Shown in pieces: positions 6,548-17,116 of a stretch of 64,000 nt of DNA (positions within the stretch are counted from its first letter, which is position 1; each line of letters begins with the position of its first letter). The notes below the pieces were generated by a model. It worked only from the letters and a program-made list of their open reading frames with translations, ran no database searches and was not told the origin of the DNA. Where the stretch lies: NCBI GenBank assembly GCA_041662745.1, contig JBAZRV010000003.1, positions 56,034 through 120,033 on the forward strand, in the 5' to 3' direction. The position numbers and the translations under genes were made by a program. This DNA is from Patescibacteria group bacterium. GTDB taxonomy: Bacteria; Patescibacteriota; Patescibacteriia; 2-01-FULL-39-33.

Positions 6548-8920
6548 ATGAATTTAAATATCTCTTACAACTGGCTAAAGTCGTATGTCAAAACCAGTTT
6601 GACACCGCAAGAATTTGCTAAACGGATCTCGCTTTCCGGACCATCGGTTGACCGCATTAATGCCATCAAACCGAATTTCAGCAAGGTAGTCGTCGGGCAA
6701 ATCAAAAAAATAGAACAGCATCCCAATGCCGACAAGCTTCATGTTTGCAAGGTTAATATTGGCAAAGAAGAATTGCAAATAGTTTGTGGCGCGCCAAATA
6801 TTAAAGAAGGTCAAAAAGTGCCGGTAGTTTTGGTTGGCGGTCAAGTCGGTGAGTTTGAAATCAAAGAAGCCAAATTAAGAGGCGTAGAAAGCTTTGGTAT
6901 GATGTGCTCTCAAAAAGAATTAGGGTTAGGCGAGGATCACACCGGAATTTATATTTTGCCGGCAGATGCCAAAGTTGGCGAGCCGTTAGAGAAAATCATG
7001 CCCATGGATGATGCGATTTTGGATATTGAAATCACTTCCAACCGCCCGGATGCCATGAGCGTTATCGGCATCGCCAGAGAAGCGTCAGCAATTTTGGACG
7101 CTAAGTTTTTATATCAAGCCCCTAAGCCTAATTTGGCTGTCAAAGGCGGTAAAAAGGATTTAAAGATTAAGGTGGCTGAAGAAAAATTTTGCCCTCGGTA
7201 TTCCGCTATTGTTATGGGGGAAGTCAAAGTTGAGGCCTCGCCCTTATGGATGCAACAGCGGCTGCTCGCTTCCGGCTTGCGTCCGATCAATAATCTGGTG
7301 GATATCACTAATTATATTTTATTGGAATACGGCCAGCCGATGCATGTGTTTGATTATGATAAATTATCAGGCGCGGAGATTAATGTCCGCAAAGCCAAAA
7401 AAGGCGAGAAGATTTTGGCGCTGGACGGCAAGGAATATGAATTGTTAACTGATCAATTGGTGATTGCGGATGCTAAGGTCCCGGTCGCTGTCGCCGGTGT
7501 CATGGGCGGAGAATTGTCGGCCGCCACAACAGAAACCAAAACCATTGTGTTTGAATGCGCTAATTTTAATCCGGTTTCAGTCAGGAAGACTTCCAGAGCC
7601 CTGAATTTGCGTTCTGAGAGCTCGGCGCTTTATGAGAAGGGAATCAGTCCGGAAAATGTTATCGCCTCAATGTTGCGCGCCATAGAGCTGGCGCAGGAAT
7701 TGTGCGGCGCCAAAATCGCCGGTAGATTAATTGATGAGAAGTCATATAAAATTAAAGATAAGGAAATTGTTTTGGATTTGGATAGTGTTAATTCCGCTTT
7801 GGGTGTTAAAATCAAACCAGCAGAAATCAAAAAGAATTTAGAAGCTTTAGGTTTTAAAGTTTCTTCCACCAAGTCCAAGCGCGATGAATTTATGGTGGTT
7901 GTGCCGTGGTGGCGGGAAAATGATATTGACGGCCAGCATGATTTAATTGAGGAAATCGCTCGCATGCACGGTTATTATAATCTGCCAACTGAGCTTATGT
8001 CTGGCGCTTTGCCAAAAGCCGCCAGCAGCATTAATTTTGGTTTAGAAGATAAAATCAAGGATGTTTTGGTTGGTTTTGGTTTAACCGAAGTTTATACTTA
8101 CTCTTTCATCTCTGAAAAACAAATAACCGCCTGCGGTTTAAAGCCGGAGGATCATATTAAAATCGCCAATCCCTTAAGTGTTGATTTTGAGTACATGCGG
8201 ATTTCACTCTTGCCGGGAGTTTTGCAAATTATTGCTGAAAACGAAGGTTTTTATCCGGCTGGAAAATTGTTTGATTTCAGCCAGGTTTATTTGCCGTTAG
8301 GCGCAAACGATTTAGCCGATGAAAAATTTAAATTATTAATCGCTTGCTATGGCGCTGAAATCAATAAAGTCGCCGGTGATGTCAGGGGATTATTGGATGG
8401 TTTAATGCAACGGCTTTATATTTCCGGTTTGGTTTTTAAAAATACTGCTGATGGCTCAGAGATTTATGTTGGTGATAATAAATTGGGCGAGATCAAAGTC
8501 ATTAATAATAAAATTTTATCCGCTTTCGGCATTAAGAAAGCAGTAACAATCGTAGAATTGGATTTTGAAGCTGTTAGTAAATCAGCCAAGTCCGCGCCGA
8601 CTTACCAGCCGATTCCTAAATTTCCGGCGATTGAACTAGACTTGTCAATGGAAATTGATAATGTCGTGACTTTTGCCGAGGTGGCTAATATCGCGACTGA
8701 CGCCGGCCTGCCTGCCGGTCAGGCAGGCGCGCCATTGGTAGAGAGAGTTGATTTTTTATCAGTATACAGAGGTAATGATTTGCCGGAAGGTAAAAAAGCT
8801 TTAGCGATTAGAATCGTTTATCGTGACTTGAACAAGACGCTGGAATTAGCTGAAGCGCAAAAAGCGCATGATAAAGTTGTAGCGGAATTAAAAAAGAGTT
8901 ATAATATAAGTGTAAGATAA
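6548..8920 (+). CDS. pheT: phenylalanine--tRNA ligase beta subunit
   Basis: 790 aa; N-terminal tRNA-binding (EMAP-like) domain, B3/4, B5, core and anticodon-binding domains; follows pheS. Confidence 0.93.
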   Translation: MNLNISYNWLKSYVKTSLTPQEFAKRISLSGPSVDRINAIKPNFSKVVVGQIKKIEQHPNADKLHVCKVNIGKEELQIVCGAPNIKEGQKVPVVLVGGQVGEFEIKEAKLRGVESFGMMCSQKELGLGEDHTGIYILPADAKVGEPLEKIMPMDDAILDIEITSNRPDAMSVIGIAREASAILDAKFLYQAPKPNLAVKGGKKDLKIKVAEEKFCPRYSAIVMGEVKVEASPLWMQQRLLASGLRPINNLVDITNYILLEYGQPMHVFDYDKLSGAEINVRKAKKGEKILALDGKEYELLTDQLVIADAKVPVAVAGVMGGELSAATTETKTIVFECANFNPVSVRKTSRALNLRSESSALYEKGISPENVIASMLRAIELAQELCGAKIAGRLIDEKSYKIKDKEIVLDLDSVNSALGVKIKPAEIKKNLEALGFKVSSTKSKRDEFMVVVPWWRENDIDGQHDLIEEIARMHGYYNLPTELMSGALPKAASSINFGLEDKIKDVLVGFGLTEVYTYSFISEKQITACGLKPEDHIKIANPLSVDFEYMRISLLPGVLQIIAENEGFYPAGKLFDFSQVYLPLGANDLADEKFKLLIACYGAEINKVAGDVRGLLDGLMQRLYISGLVFKNTADGSEIYVGDNKLGEIKVINNKILSAFGIKKAVTIVELDFEAVSKSAKSAPTYQPIPKFPAIELDLSMEIDNVVTFAEVANIATDAGLPAGQAGAPLVERVDFLSVYRGNDLPEGKKALAIRIVYRDLNKTLELAEAQKAHDKVVAELKKSYNISVR

Positions 8921-8935
8921 AATAATTATATTCCC

Positions 8936-9244
8936 ATGCTTGTCACATCAAAAGACCTATTCTGGGTCGTGTTATCGTTTGTTATTCTCTTTGGCGGTAT
9001 TTGCACCAGCTTCGCTATTTTTTACTTCGCCATGATTCTACGCGACGGCTGGTACATCACCAAGGCCATCAGGCGCAAGGTGGAAGCGGTAGAAAAAGTC
9101 ATGACCGCTTTCAAGTCTAAAGTGGAAAACACCGCCAGCTATGTGCCGCCGTTAATTGACGGCGTGTCCAAATTGGTTGAAGCCATAGCCGAAAAGAAAA
9201 GATCTTCGGCCGCCAAAACCGGCAAAAAATCAAAAAGAAAGTAA
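8936..9244 (+). CDS. hypothetical small membrane protein (102 aa) with K-rich tail
   Basis: ORF with one N-terminal TM. Confidence 0.45.
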   Translation: MLVTSKDLFWVVLSFVILFGGICTSFAIFYFAMILRDGWYITKAIRRKVEAVEKVMTAFKSKVENTASYVPPLIDGVSKLVEAIAEKKRSSAAKTGKKSKRK

Positions 9245-9255
9245 AACATTACAAT

Positions 9256-9486
9256 ATGCTGTCAACAATCGCTTTGATGCCGATTTTCGGCTATCCGGCC
9301 ATCATGTATGGCGGAATTATTACTTTCATTCTTTTCCTCCTTGTTGCTTTCATGGGTTATCGAATAAATAAAGGAAAATGCCGTTTACCTAATCCAATTA
9401 AATGGCATCAGACTATAGCGCTTCTGGCGTTAATTCTGGCCGTAATCCACGGCATCCTGGGGTTATCTATCATGGTAGGATTCTAA
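9256..9486 (+). CDS. hypothetical small membrane protein (76 aa, 2 TM)
   Basis: ORF, two hydrophobic helices; followed by terminator. Confidence 0.45.
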   Translation: MLSTIALMPIFGYPAIMYGGIITFILFLLVAFMGYRINKGKCRLPNPIKWHQTIALLALILAVIHGILGLSIMVGF

Positions 9487-9495
9487 AGATAAAAA

Positions 9496-9522
9496 TAGCC
9501 GGCCTTTGCCGGTTATTTTTTT
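9496..9522 (+). terminator. intrinsic terminator tagccggc-cttt-gccggtta + T7
   Basis: hairpin plus TTATTTTTTT directly after 9256..9486 ORF. Confidence 0.6.
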
Positions 9523-9613
9523 GTTATTGACTTTTTATTGATTTTTTAGTATCATAAGCAATCGTACCTTTAAATCGTTTATTCATTAAGACTATTATAA
9601 AGGAGAATTAATA

Positions 9614-10156
9614 ATGAAGATTATCAGATGGTATTCCGGCAATACCAGATTTGTCTTAGTGATTGGTTTTTTGGCTTTTAAGTTTGCCAAAATCAATCTG
9701 TTTATGGCTTTAAAATGCGAATTCAGGCAATTATTTACGAACAGTCATAATGTGAGACGCTTAGTGAAGAAATATGGTTATGTATGCCCGGTATCGCCAC
9801 TTTATTGGCTGCTCCGCGGAATCACAGCCAATTGGCTGGAATGGCGTTATTATCGGCGCACGCGCTTACCGATTCTTGCTCCAACCTATTTGTCGCTTGG
9901 CTTAGTAAATATCCAGGCGGCCGGCGTTTATCCGCAAGTAACCGAAAAATATTTTAGAAGCCAAATCAGCGCCATCATCGGCCATGATGAGAATAATGAT
10001 GAAGATATCCATGCCGATCCACACACTCTTCGTCAAATGGAAAACTACATCGTCTTTAACGGCAGACTGAAGATCATTGATTATGGATCACCAAAATCCT
10101 GGACGTTTTTGGAGAAATGGGGAAAAAAGATATTTGATGAATTTATCGCTCTGTAA
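9614..10156 (+). CDS. hypothetical protein (180 aa)
   Basis: ORF with GGAG RBS; followed by hairpin agccacg...cgtggct + TTTTAT (about 10166-10195). Confidence 0.5.
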   Translation: MKIIRWYSGNTRFVLVIGFLAFKFAKINLFMALKCEFRQLFTNSHNVRRLVKKYGYVCPVSPLYWLLRGITANWLEWRYYRRTRLPILAPTYLSLGLVNIQAAGVYPQVTEKYFRSQISAIIGHDENNDEDIHADPHTLRQMENYIVFNGRLKIIDYGSPKSWTFLEKWGKKIFDEFIAL

Positions 10157-10233
10157 TCCAGCCACTTAAGCCACGCTTAGTCGTGGCTTTTATATTTGCT
10201 ATTTTTTGCTGATTTTCGTATAATATAAGCATT

Positions 10234-10560
10234 ATGAAGATGGAAAACGAGCCGGTAAATTCGGTTTTAAACGAGCCGGGATTTCAGGAATTCATCAGGA
10301 ATCGCAAGATTCAAGAAGCGGACTTTCCGCTTTTGGAGGAACTGGCGGAAATTCCCAAAGATTTGCTATTTGTTGAATTGCATAATTTTTTTAATTCTAA
10401 TCGAGAAAGAAGCGCCGAGGAATTAGAGCGCCAGCTTTTGACTATGGAAGACGGTGGCAAGAAGCGTTATTTTGAGTTACTGTTGCGTTTTACCCGGGCT
10501 TATGACTGGACAGCTTGTTATAATTTAGAAAGAGTTTTAGAAAGAAGATATGAAAATTAA
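10234..10560 (+). CDS. hypothetical protein (108 aa)
   Basis: ORF overlapping lysS start by 11 nt. Confidence 0.45.
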   Translation: MKMENEPVNSVLNEPGFQEFIRNRKIQEADFPLLEELAEIPKDLLFVELHNFFNSNRERSAEELERQLLTMEDGGKKRYFELLLRFTRAYDWTACYNLERVLERRYEN

Positions 10561-12055
10561 AAATATGCCCCAACAATCAGAAGCTAATCCTTTGGATGAG
10601 AAAGTAATGCGTTTAAAACGTCTTGCTGACATTAAGTCGTCCGGTGTCAATCCGTATCCGGAAAAATTTGATAAATTACAAAGCCTGGCCGAGGCCAAAG
10701 CCGGCAAAGAGGGGACTAAGGTCAAGACAGCCGGCCGAATTATGACTATCAGAAGCATGGGCAAGATTGCTTTTTGCCATTTGTCCGATTGGAGCGGCAA
10801 ATGCCAGGCCGTATTGAACATTACCGAAATCGGAGAGGAAAAATTGCAATGGTTCAAGGACTACGTGGATAGGGGTGATTTTATCGGCGTTTCCGGCGAA
10901 ATTTTTACTACTAAGGCCGGAGAGATTTCCATTTTAGTCAAAGAATATGAATTCTTGGGTAAGGCGCTTTTGCCGTTGCCGGAAAAGTTCCATGGCCTGA
11001 AGGATACGGACACGATTTATCGCCAGAGATACTTGGATTTGATCGTCAATAATGAGGCCAAAAAACGTTTCCAATTCCGTTCGGATTTTATCCGCGCTAT
11101 TCGCGAGTTTTATTGGCAGGAAGGGTTTATGGAAGTGGAAACTCCAACTTTGTTGCATCAAGCGACCGGAGCGACGGCTACTCCCTATGATACGCACAAT
11201 AATGCCCTGGATGTGGATTTGGTTTTGCGGATTTCCCACGAATTACCGCTGAAGGAGTTGATTGTCGGCGGCATGGAAAAGATTTTTGAGTTGGGCAAAG
11301 CTTTCCGCAACGAGGGAGTTGACCCCTCGCATCTGCCCGAGCATACGCTTTTGGAACATTATGCGGCTTATTGGAATTTTGAAGATAATATCAAATATAC
11401 CGAAAAGATGTTTGATCATTTGTTTGATAAGTTAAAATTGCAGAAAGTTTTGGAGGTAGAGGATCGCGAAGGCCAAAAACAAAAAGTTGATTTTACCACG
11501 CCTTGGCAGCGGGTTGATTTTATTGAGATGATCAAAGTTGATACCGGCATTGATATTACTGAATTTGACGAGGCCGCAGAATTATTAAAAGAAATCAAAA
11601 AGAAGAAAATAGAATTTGAAGATATGGATGGGATGAGTTTGACGGGATTAGTGGATAATTTATATAAGAAAGTCAGTCGCTCAAAAATCGTCGGCCCGGT
11701 GATTCTTTATCATTACCCCAAATATATGCAGCCGTTGGCGCGCGTTAATGATAAAGACAAGAATATTGTTGATCAGTTCCAACTCATAGTCAACGGCTGG
11801 GAAATGCTCAAGGCCTATTCCGAATTGGTTGATCCCACAGATCAGAAAGAACGTTTTGAAGCGCAAAGAAAGGCCAAAATCAAAGGCGAAGGCGAAGTGA
11901 TGGAGGGTGATGATGAGTTTATTACCGCTCTGGAGCATGGCGCGCCGCCGATCTCCGGCTGGGGCATGGGCATTGACCGCACCGTGGCCATTTTGACCGG
12001 CCAAAGCAATTTGCGGGATGTAGTGCTGTTTCCGTTATTAAGACCGAAGGAATAA
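10550..12055 (+). CDS. lysS: lysine--tRNA ligase (class II)
   Basis: OB-fold N-domain, class II motifs, C-terminal GWGMGIDRTVAILTG. Confidence 0.93.
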   Translation: MKIKNMPQQSEANPLDEKVMRLKRLADIKSSGVNPYPEKFDKLQSLAEAKAGKEGTKVKTAGRIMTIRSMGKIAFCHLSDWSGKCQAVLNITEIGEEKLQWFKDYVDRGDFIGVSGEIFTTKAGEISILVKEYEFLGKALLPLPEKFHGLKDTDTIYRQRYLDLIVNNEAKKRFQFRSDFIRAIREFYWQEGFMEVETPTLLHQATGATATPYDTHNNALDVDLVLRISHELPLKELIVGGMEKIFELGKAFRNEGVDPSHLPEHTLLEHYAAYWNFEDNIKYTEKMFDHLFDKLKLQKVLEVEDREGQKQKVDFTTPWQRVDFIEMIKVDTGIDITEFDEAAELLKEIKKKKIEFEDMDGMSLTGLVDNLYKKVSRSKIVGPVILYHYPKYMQPLARVNDKDKNIVDQFQLIVNGWEMLKAYSELVDPTDQKERFEAQRKAKIKGEGEVMEGDDEFITALEHGAPPISGWGMGIDRTVAILTGQSNLRDVVLFPLLRPKE

Positions 12056-12058
12056 GAT

Positions 12059-12769
12059 ATGAAAAACAAATATTTGTTAATCGCTTTAATTATTTGCTCT
12101 GTTGCTTTAACCGGTTGCGGGATCCAGAAGGATGAAGTCAAAGAGGCCGTGCCGGCCGGGAGCGTTGCGGTTATCGGTCGGACAGTAACTGAATCGCCGG
12201 CCAGTCCGGCTGATGCCAGTTCCAGCCAAGCAACCTCATCCGCCACAATTATTAATAAAACACTTACTATGCCGGAAATTATTATTGATCAAAGCAAAAC
12301 TTATACCGCCGTTTTGCACACCGACCGGGGCGATATTACCGTCGCTTTAAACGCCAAAGCCACGCCGATCACCGTTAATAACTTTGTTTATTTGGCTAAG
12401 AATAATTTTTATGATAACACGATCTTTCATCGCGTGATTAAGGACTTCATGATCCAGGGCGGCGATCCCAAAGGTGATGGCACCGGCGGGCCGGGCTACA
12501 AGTTTGCCGATGAAAAATTTACCGGCGAATATGCCCGCGGCACGCTGGCGATGGCTAACTCCGGACCCAACACCAATGGTTCGCAATTCTTCATTATGCA
12601 CGCCGATGTGCCCTTGCAGAAAGATTATGTCATTTTCGGCCGCGTTACCAAGGGATTGGACGTGGTGGATAAAATTGCCACCGCAGCGACGACTCTGGGC
12701 GCTGATGGCGCCATGTCCAAGCCGGTTACTCCGGTTAAGGTTAATTCCATAGAAATAATTGAGAAATAA
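12059..12769 (+). CDS. peptidyl-prolyl cis-trans isomerase, cyclophilin type, lipoprotein
   Basis: lipobox LTGCG; FHRVIKDFMIQGGDP, GTLAMANSGPNTNGSQFFI cyclophilin signatures. Confidence 0.88.
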   Translation: MKNKYLLIALIICSVALTGCGIQKDEVKEAVPAGSVAVIGRTVTESPASPADASSSQATSSATIINKTLTMPEIIIDQSKTYTAVLHTDRGDITVALNAKATPITVNNFVYLAKNNFYDNTIFHRVIKDFMIQGGDPKGDGTGGPGYKFADEKFTGEYARGTLAMANSGPNTNGSQFFIMHADVPLQKDYVIFGRVTKGLDVVDKIATAATTLGADGAMSKPVTPVKVNSIEIIEK

Positions 12770-12779
12770 TTTAATAATT

Positions 12780-13250
12780 ATGAAAAAATTATTGTTAATT
12801 TTGCCGATCCTCGCTTTAATTTTAGCCGGTTGCGGCCGGGCCGACCAAGGCAAAGTTACTGTTGGCGATGTGGCCAATACTTATAATGCCGCTCAAGAGC
12901 TTAATCAGGATATGAATGATCCCAATAAGATATCCTCCGAAGATAACGTGGAAAATATTTATACGATTATGAATTATCAGGGTAATGAAGCCAAAGAAAC
13001 AGTTAAAACGGCGATCAGGGCGGGGATAGAAGACGGTAAGGCCCAAGGCGAGCTGGATAAGGAATTAATAAAAACCTCGGCCGCTAATAATAACGACTTA
13101 GGCACCGGTTATATGCTGGGCTATGTTTTTGGCTGCAAGGCCGTTACCGGCAATGAGGATAAGTGCAATGATGATATGGGTGAAAAATACCAAGCGATCA
13201 TGGTGGAGGAGATGCAGAAACAATTCCAAAACATGGGCGTGACCCAATAA
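12780..13250 (+). CDS. hypothetical lipoprotein (156 aa)
   Basis: MKKLLLILPILALILAGCG signal/lipobox; ORF track start at 12759 is a TTG, ATG at 12780 preferred. Confidence 0.5.
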   Translation: MKKLLLILPILALILAGCGRADQGKVTVGDVANTYNAAQELNQDMNDPNKISSEDNVENIYTIMNYQGNEAKETVKTAIRAGIEDGKAQGELDKELIKTSAANNNDLGTGYMLGYVFGCKAVTGNEDKCNDDMGEKYQAIMVEEMQKQFQNMGVTQ

Positions 13251-13276
13251 TATTTTAGATTTTTATAACCAATTTT

Positions 13277-14530
13277 ATGTTAGACATTAAACAGCTCCGC
13301 GAGAATACGGAGAAAATCAAGGAGGCCTTGTTAAAAAGAATGGATAAAAAGGTTTTGGAATCCGCTTTGGACAAGATTTTGAAATTGGACAATGAGCGCC
13401 GTGAAGTTCTGCAGAAGGCCGAGGATTTGAAATCCGAACGCAATAAAGCGTCAAAAACCAAACCCACTCCGGAGATTATTGAACAGATGAAATCCGTAGG
13501 GGAGGAAATTAAGGCCCTGGACACCCAATTGGCGGGGATTGAGGCTGATTTTGAATTGGCGATGGCCGAATTGCCGAATGCTCCGGCCGATGATGTTTTG
13601 CCCGGCGATAAAGAAAACAATAAAGTCATCAGAACCTCCGGCGATAAGCCGAAATTCAAATTTGAGCCCAAGGATCATGTGGAATTGGCGACTGAATTGG
13701 GATTGATTGATTATGAAAGGGGAGTGAAGATGTCCGGTTCCGGTTTTTGGATTTATAAGGGGCAAGGCGCGCTTTTGGAGTGGGCGTTATTGAATTATTT
13801 TTTGGATTTTCACACTAAGAACGGCTATACTTTTATTTTGCCGCCGTATTTATTGACCGAGAAGTCCGCCTATACCTCCGGCCATTTGCCGAAATTCCGC
13901 GACGATCTGTTCTGGACGCAGGATCAGCTTTGCCTTAATGCCACCTCCGAAATGATGCTGGGCAATTATCATCGCGATGAAATTCTGGAAGAAAAAGAAT
14001 TACCGCTTAAATATTGCGCTTATTCCGCCTGTTTCCGCCGTGAAGCCGGTTCTTATCGCAAGGAGGAGCGGGGGATGATTCGCGGGCATCAATTCAATAA
14101 GATTGAAATGTTTCAATTCACCAAGGTCGGAGAGTCCTGGCCGGCTTTTGACGAGTTGACTCGCAATGCCGAGGCGCTGGTGGAAGGTTTGGGTTTGCAT
14201 TTTCAAACAGTCCAGTTGGCGGCCGGCGATGCTTCCGCGGCCATGGCCAAGACCATTGATATTGAGGTGTGGATTCCGTCCATGGGTATCTATAAAGAAG
14301 TCTCCTCGGCTTCCAATGCCCTGGATTATCAGGCGCGCCGCGGCAATATACGCTACAAAGATACCACCACCGGCAAAAATGAGTATGTCCATACTCTTAA
14401 TGCTTCCGGATTGGCTACCAGCCGCTTATTCCCGGCCATTTTGGAACAATTCCAGCAAGCTGACGGTTCAGTGATTATTCCCGAGGTTCTGCGCCAATGG
14501 ACGGGATTTGACAAGATTAAGAAGAGATAA
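13277..14530 (+). CDS. serS: serine--tRNA ligase
   Basis: N-terminal coiled-coil arm, class II core (FRREAGS, GxGxGxDR-like GLATSRLF end). Confidence 0.92.
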   Translation: MLDIKQLRENTEKIKEALLKRMDKKVLESALDKILKLDNERREVLQKAEDLKSERNKASKTKPTPEIIEQMKSVGEEIKALDTQLAGIEADFELAMAELPNAPADDVLPGDKENNKVIRTSGDKPKFKFEPKDHVELATELGLIDYERGVKMSGSGFWIYKGQGALLEWALLNYFLDFHTKNGYTFILPPYLLTEKSAYTSGHLPKFRDDLFWTQDQLCLNATSEMMLGNYHRDEILEEKELPLKYCAYSACFRREAGSYRKEERGMIRGHQFNKIEMFQFTKVGESWPAFDELTRNAEALVEGLGLHFQTVQLAAGDASAAMAKTIDIEVWIPSMGIYKEVSSASNALDYQARRGNIRYKDTTTGKNEYVHTLNASGLATSRLFPAILEQFQQADGSVIIPEVLRQWTGFDKIKKR

Positions 14531-14545
14531 ATAATCGATGGATTT

Positions 14546-15124
14546 ATGGGAAAAATATTTATTGTCAGGCACGGGCAAGATACTGATAATGTAGCCAAGA
14601 TTTTAAACGGCCGCCGGGATACGGAGTTGACCGACTTAGGCAGGAAACAAGCCAAAGAAACGGCTAAAAAGCTTTCCACCGAATATTCCATTAAAATAAT
14701 CTATTCGTCGCCGCTTAAGAGATGCTACGAAACAGCTCGCATTATTGCTGAATTTTTGCATGTTGACGAGATTGTAGTTGACGAGCATTTAATAGAAAGA
14801 GAATTCGGAATTTTAACCGGCAAGCCATTGGCTGACATACCCAAATACAGCAATAAGATTCTGCATAGCGACGGGGTGAATTATTTTTTGGAAGCGGACG
14901 GCGCCGAGGATTTTCCTGCTGCTTATGAGAGAGGAAAAAAGATCTTGGACGAGATAAGAGAAAGGCATCCCCAAGATAATATTTTAATCGTTACTCATGG
15001 CGATACCGGCAAGATGATTCGCGCCGCCTTTCATGATTGGGGCTGGGAGAAAGGATTAATGATGCCATATTTTGATAATGCTTCAGTTTTGGAGCTTTTT
15101 AACACGCAAGATATTATCAAATAA
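14546..15124 (+). CDS. histidine phosphatase family protein (phosphoglycerate mutase-like)
   Basis: FIVRHGQ (RHG catalytic motif) and IVTHGDT second His motif. Confidence 0.75.
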   Translation: MGKIFIVRHGQDTDNVAKILNGRRDTELTDLGRKQAKETAKKLSTEYSIKIIYSSPLKRCYETARIIAEFLHVDEIVVDEHLIEREFGILTGKPLADIPKYSNKILHSDGVNYFLEADGAEDFPAAYERGKKILDEIRERHPQDNILIVTHGDTGKMIRAAFHDWGWEKGLMMPYFDNASVLELFNTQDIIK

Positions 15125-15138
15125 ATTAGGAATGCAGC

Positions 15139-15987
15139 ATGATCAAGGATTATTCTTATTCCGGCGGGAAGGCGGGAGTCAAGAAGGATTACCAAGTCAA
15201 GAATTTCAACAATCCCTATTTCCATCCGGAGAAAAAAAGCCTGACTAAGCACTTCAACACCAAGCTGTATCTGCAGATCCTCTTGGCTCTTTTTTTATTG
15301 TACGTGATTATTTATAGCGATTTGTTTAAGATTGCCGCTGTCGGTATTTCCGGCACTGATTTGATCGATCAGAATGAGATCAGATCCATGGCCGAGAAAG
15401 AACTCAGCGGTTATAAGCTGTTTCTGTTTCCTCGCCGCAATATGATTTTTTTCAACCAGAAAAAGCTGGAGCGGGAAATCAACAGCCGTTATGCCCTGAA
15501 TAAACTGGAAATCAAAAAGAGCTGGCATCGTTTGGACATTAATTTGGAAGAAAAAGTCGCTTATCTTATTGCCACCGACAACCAGAGATCTTATTTTGTT
15601 GATCTGACCGGCACAATCATTAAAGAGTTGTCGCCCCAAGAGGTGATTGACTACTCGCCGCGTTTTCCCAGCTTGATTTTGATGTCAGAAATAAAAATCG
15701 GCGATAAGCCGATCTCCGGGAGATTCGTCAATTATGTTTTGGAATTGGATAATGATTTGCAGAGCCACGGCATTAAGGTTAAGGATTATCAGGGCGGGGG
15801 AGTGGATCAGGTGTTTATGAACGCTGAGGCGGGCTGGCAAGCCAAGTTTTCCATTAATACCAATATCAAGTTCTCTCTTGAGAATCTCTACTTCTTTTTG
15901 GACAAGAAGCTCAAAGGCAAAACATTTCAATATATTGATTTGCGCATCGGGGATCATGTTTATGTTTTTCCGGAGCAGGGAATATAA
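15139..15987 (+). CDS. FtsQ/DivIB-like cell division protein (TM + POTRA-like)
   Basis: single TM then FKIAAVGISGTDLIDQNEIRS...HRLDINLEEKVAYLIA pattern typical of FtsQ POTRA region. Confidence 0.5.
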   Translation: MIKDYSYSGGKAGVKKDYQVKNFNNPYFHPEKKSLTKHFNTKLYLQILLALFLLYVIIYSDLFKIAAVGISGTDLIDQNEIRSMAEKELSGYKLFLFPRRNMIFFNQKKLEREINSRYALNKLEIKKSWHRLDINLEEKVAYLIATDNQRSYFVDLTGTIIKELSPQEVIDYSPRFPSLILMSEIKIGDKPISGRFVNYVLELDNDLQSHGIKVKDYQGGGVDQVFMNAEAGWQAKFSINTNIKFSLENLYFFLDKKLKGKTFQYIDLRIGDHVYVFPEQGI

Positions 15988-16089
15988 TTTTTATTATTTG
16001 CTTTAGTTTACGCCTTTGTTATATAATATATTTAACTTCGTATAACGCAGGATAACCGATGTAGTATTATCAAATAATGCCTAGTAACT

Positions 16090-17058
16090 ATGAAAAAGTC
16101 ATCAGAACCGTTAATTAAACACATTAATGACTTTTTGGATTACGTGGAGGTGGAAAAGGGTCTTTCCCCCGTTTCTGCCAAGAATTACCATAACTTTCTC
16201 AAAGTGTTTATTGTTTGGCTTAAGGATAACAATTTGGCTCAGATTAAGCCTCACGAGTTGGATAGCAAGCATATCTGGGACTTCCGTCTCTATTTATCCC
16301 ATAAAAAGGACCAGCGGGGTCAATATTTAAAAAAGACCACCCAGAGCTATTATTTGAGAGCTTTGAGGCAATTGTTGAATTATTTTGCTGAGAAGGATAT
16401 CAGTTCCCTGCCCGCAGAAAAAATCAAATTGCCGAAACTGACTGATAAAGACAGGCAAATAAAATTTTTGTCTTACAGCCAAGTTGAACATTTATTGTCA
16501 ATGCCGGACTTGAATGACGTTTCCGGATTGCGTGATCGGGTTATCTTGGAAGTTCTCTTTTCTACCGGCATGCGCGTGGCTGAATTAACTTCGCTTAACT
16601 TGAAACAGTTTGATTTGAGAATGATTTTAAATAATAAGATTAAGGATTTGGAATTATCAATAGCCGGCAAGGGCGGTAAGGTCAGGACGATTTATTTTTC
16701 ACCCCGAGCCATTAAATACTTGTCGTTATATTTGAAAACACGCCAGGAGGACATGCTCGCTCCCCTGTTTATCAATTATAGCCGTAATACCGGCGATAAA
16801 GGCGAACGTCGTCTGACTCCCCGAGCAATTGAAAATTTGGTTAAAAAGTATACGGTCATGGCCGGCTTGCCGATTGATGCCACGCCCCACACCCTTAGGC
16901 ACAGTTATGCTACCGATTTATTGGAACAAGGGGCTGATTTGAGATCGGTTCAGGAGTTGCTGGGCCATAGCAATGTGGCCACCACCCAGATTTATACCCA
17001 CGTTACTAATCCTCGGTTAAGGGATGTTTATAAAAAATTCCATAGTGGCAGTAAATAA
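16090..17058 (+). CDS. tyrosine recombinase XerC/XerD family
   Basis: C-terminal catalytic motifs ...HTLRHSYATDLLEQGADLRSVQELLGHSNVATTQIYTHV (R..H..R..Y). Confidence 0.88.
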   Translation: MKKSSEPLIKHINDFLDYVEVEKGLSPVSAKNYHNFLKVFIVWLKDNNLAQIKPHELDSKHIWDFRLYLSHKKDQRGQYLKKTTQSYYLRALRQLLNYFAEKDISSLPAEKIKLPKLTDKDRQIKFLSYSQVEHLLSMPDLNDVSGLRDRVILEVLFSTGMRVAELTSLNLKQFDLRMILNNKIKDLELSIAGKGGKVRTIYFSPRAIKYLSLYLKTRQEDMLAPLFINYSRNTGDKGERRLTPRAIENLVKKYTVMAGLPIDATPHTLRHSYATDLLEQGADLRSVQELLGHSNVATTQIYTHVTNPRLRDVYKKFHSGSK

Positions 17059-17066
17059 ACAGCCAA

Positions 17067-17100
17067 TAAAAAACAACCGGCCATGGCCGGTTGTTTTGTT
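17067..17100. terminator. bidirectional intrinsic terminator, perfect palindrome aacaaccggccatggccggttgtt flanked by A-run and T-run
   Basis: between convergent xerC-family gene (+) and 17117..17341 (-). Confidence 0.75.
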
Positions 17101-17116
17101 AAGACTCAATCTTAGT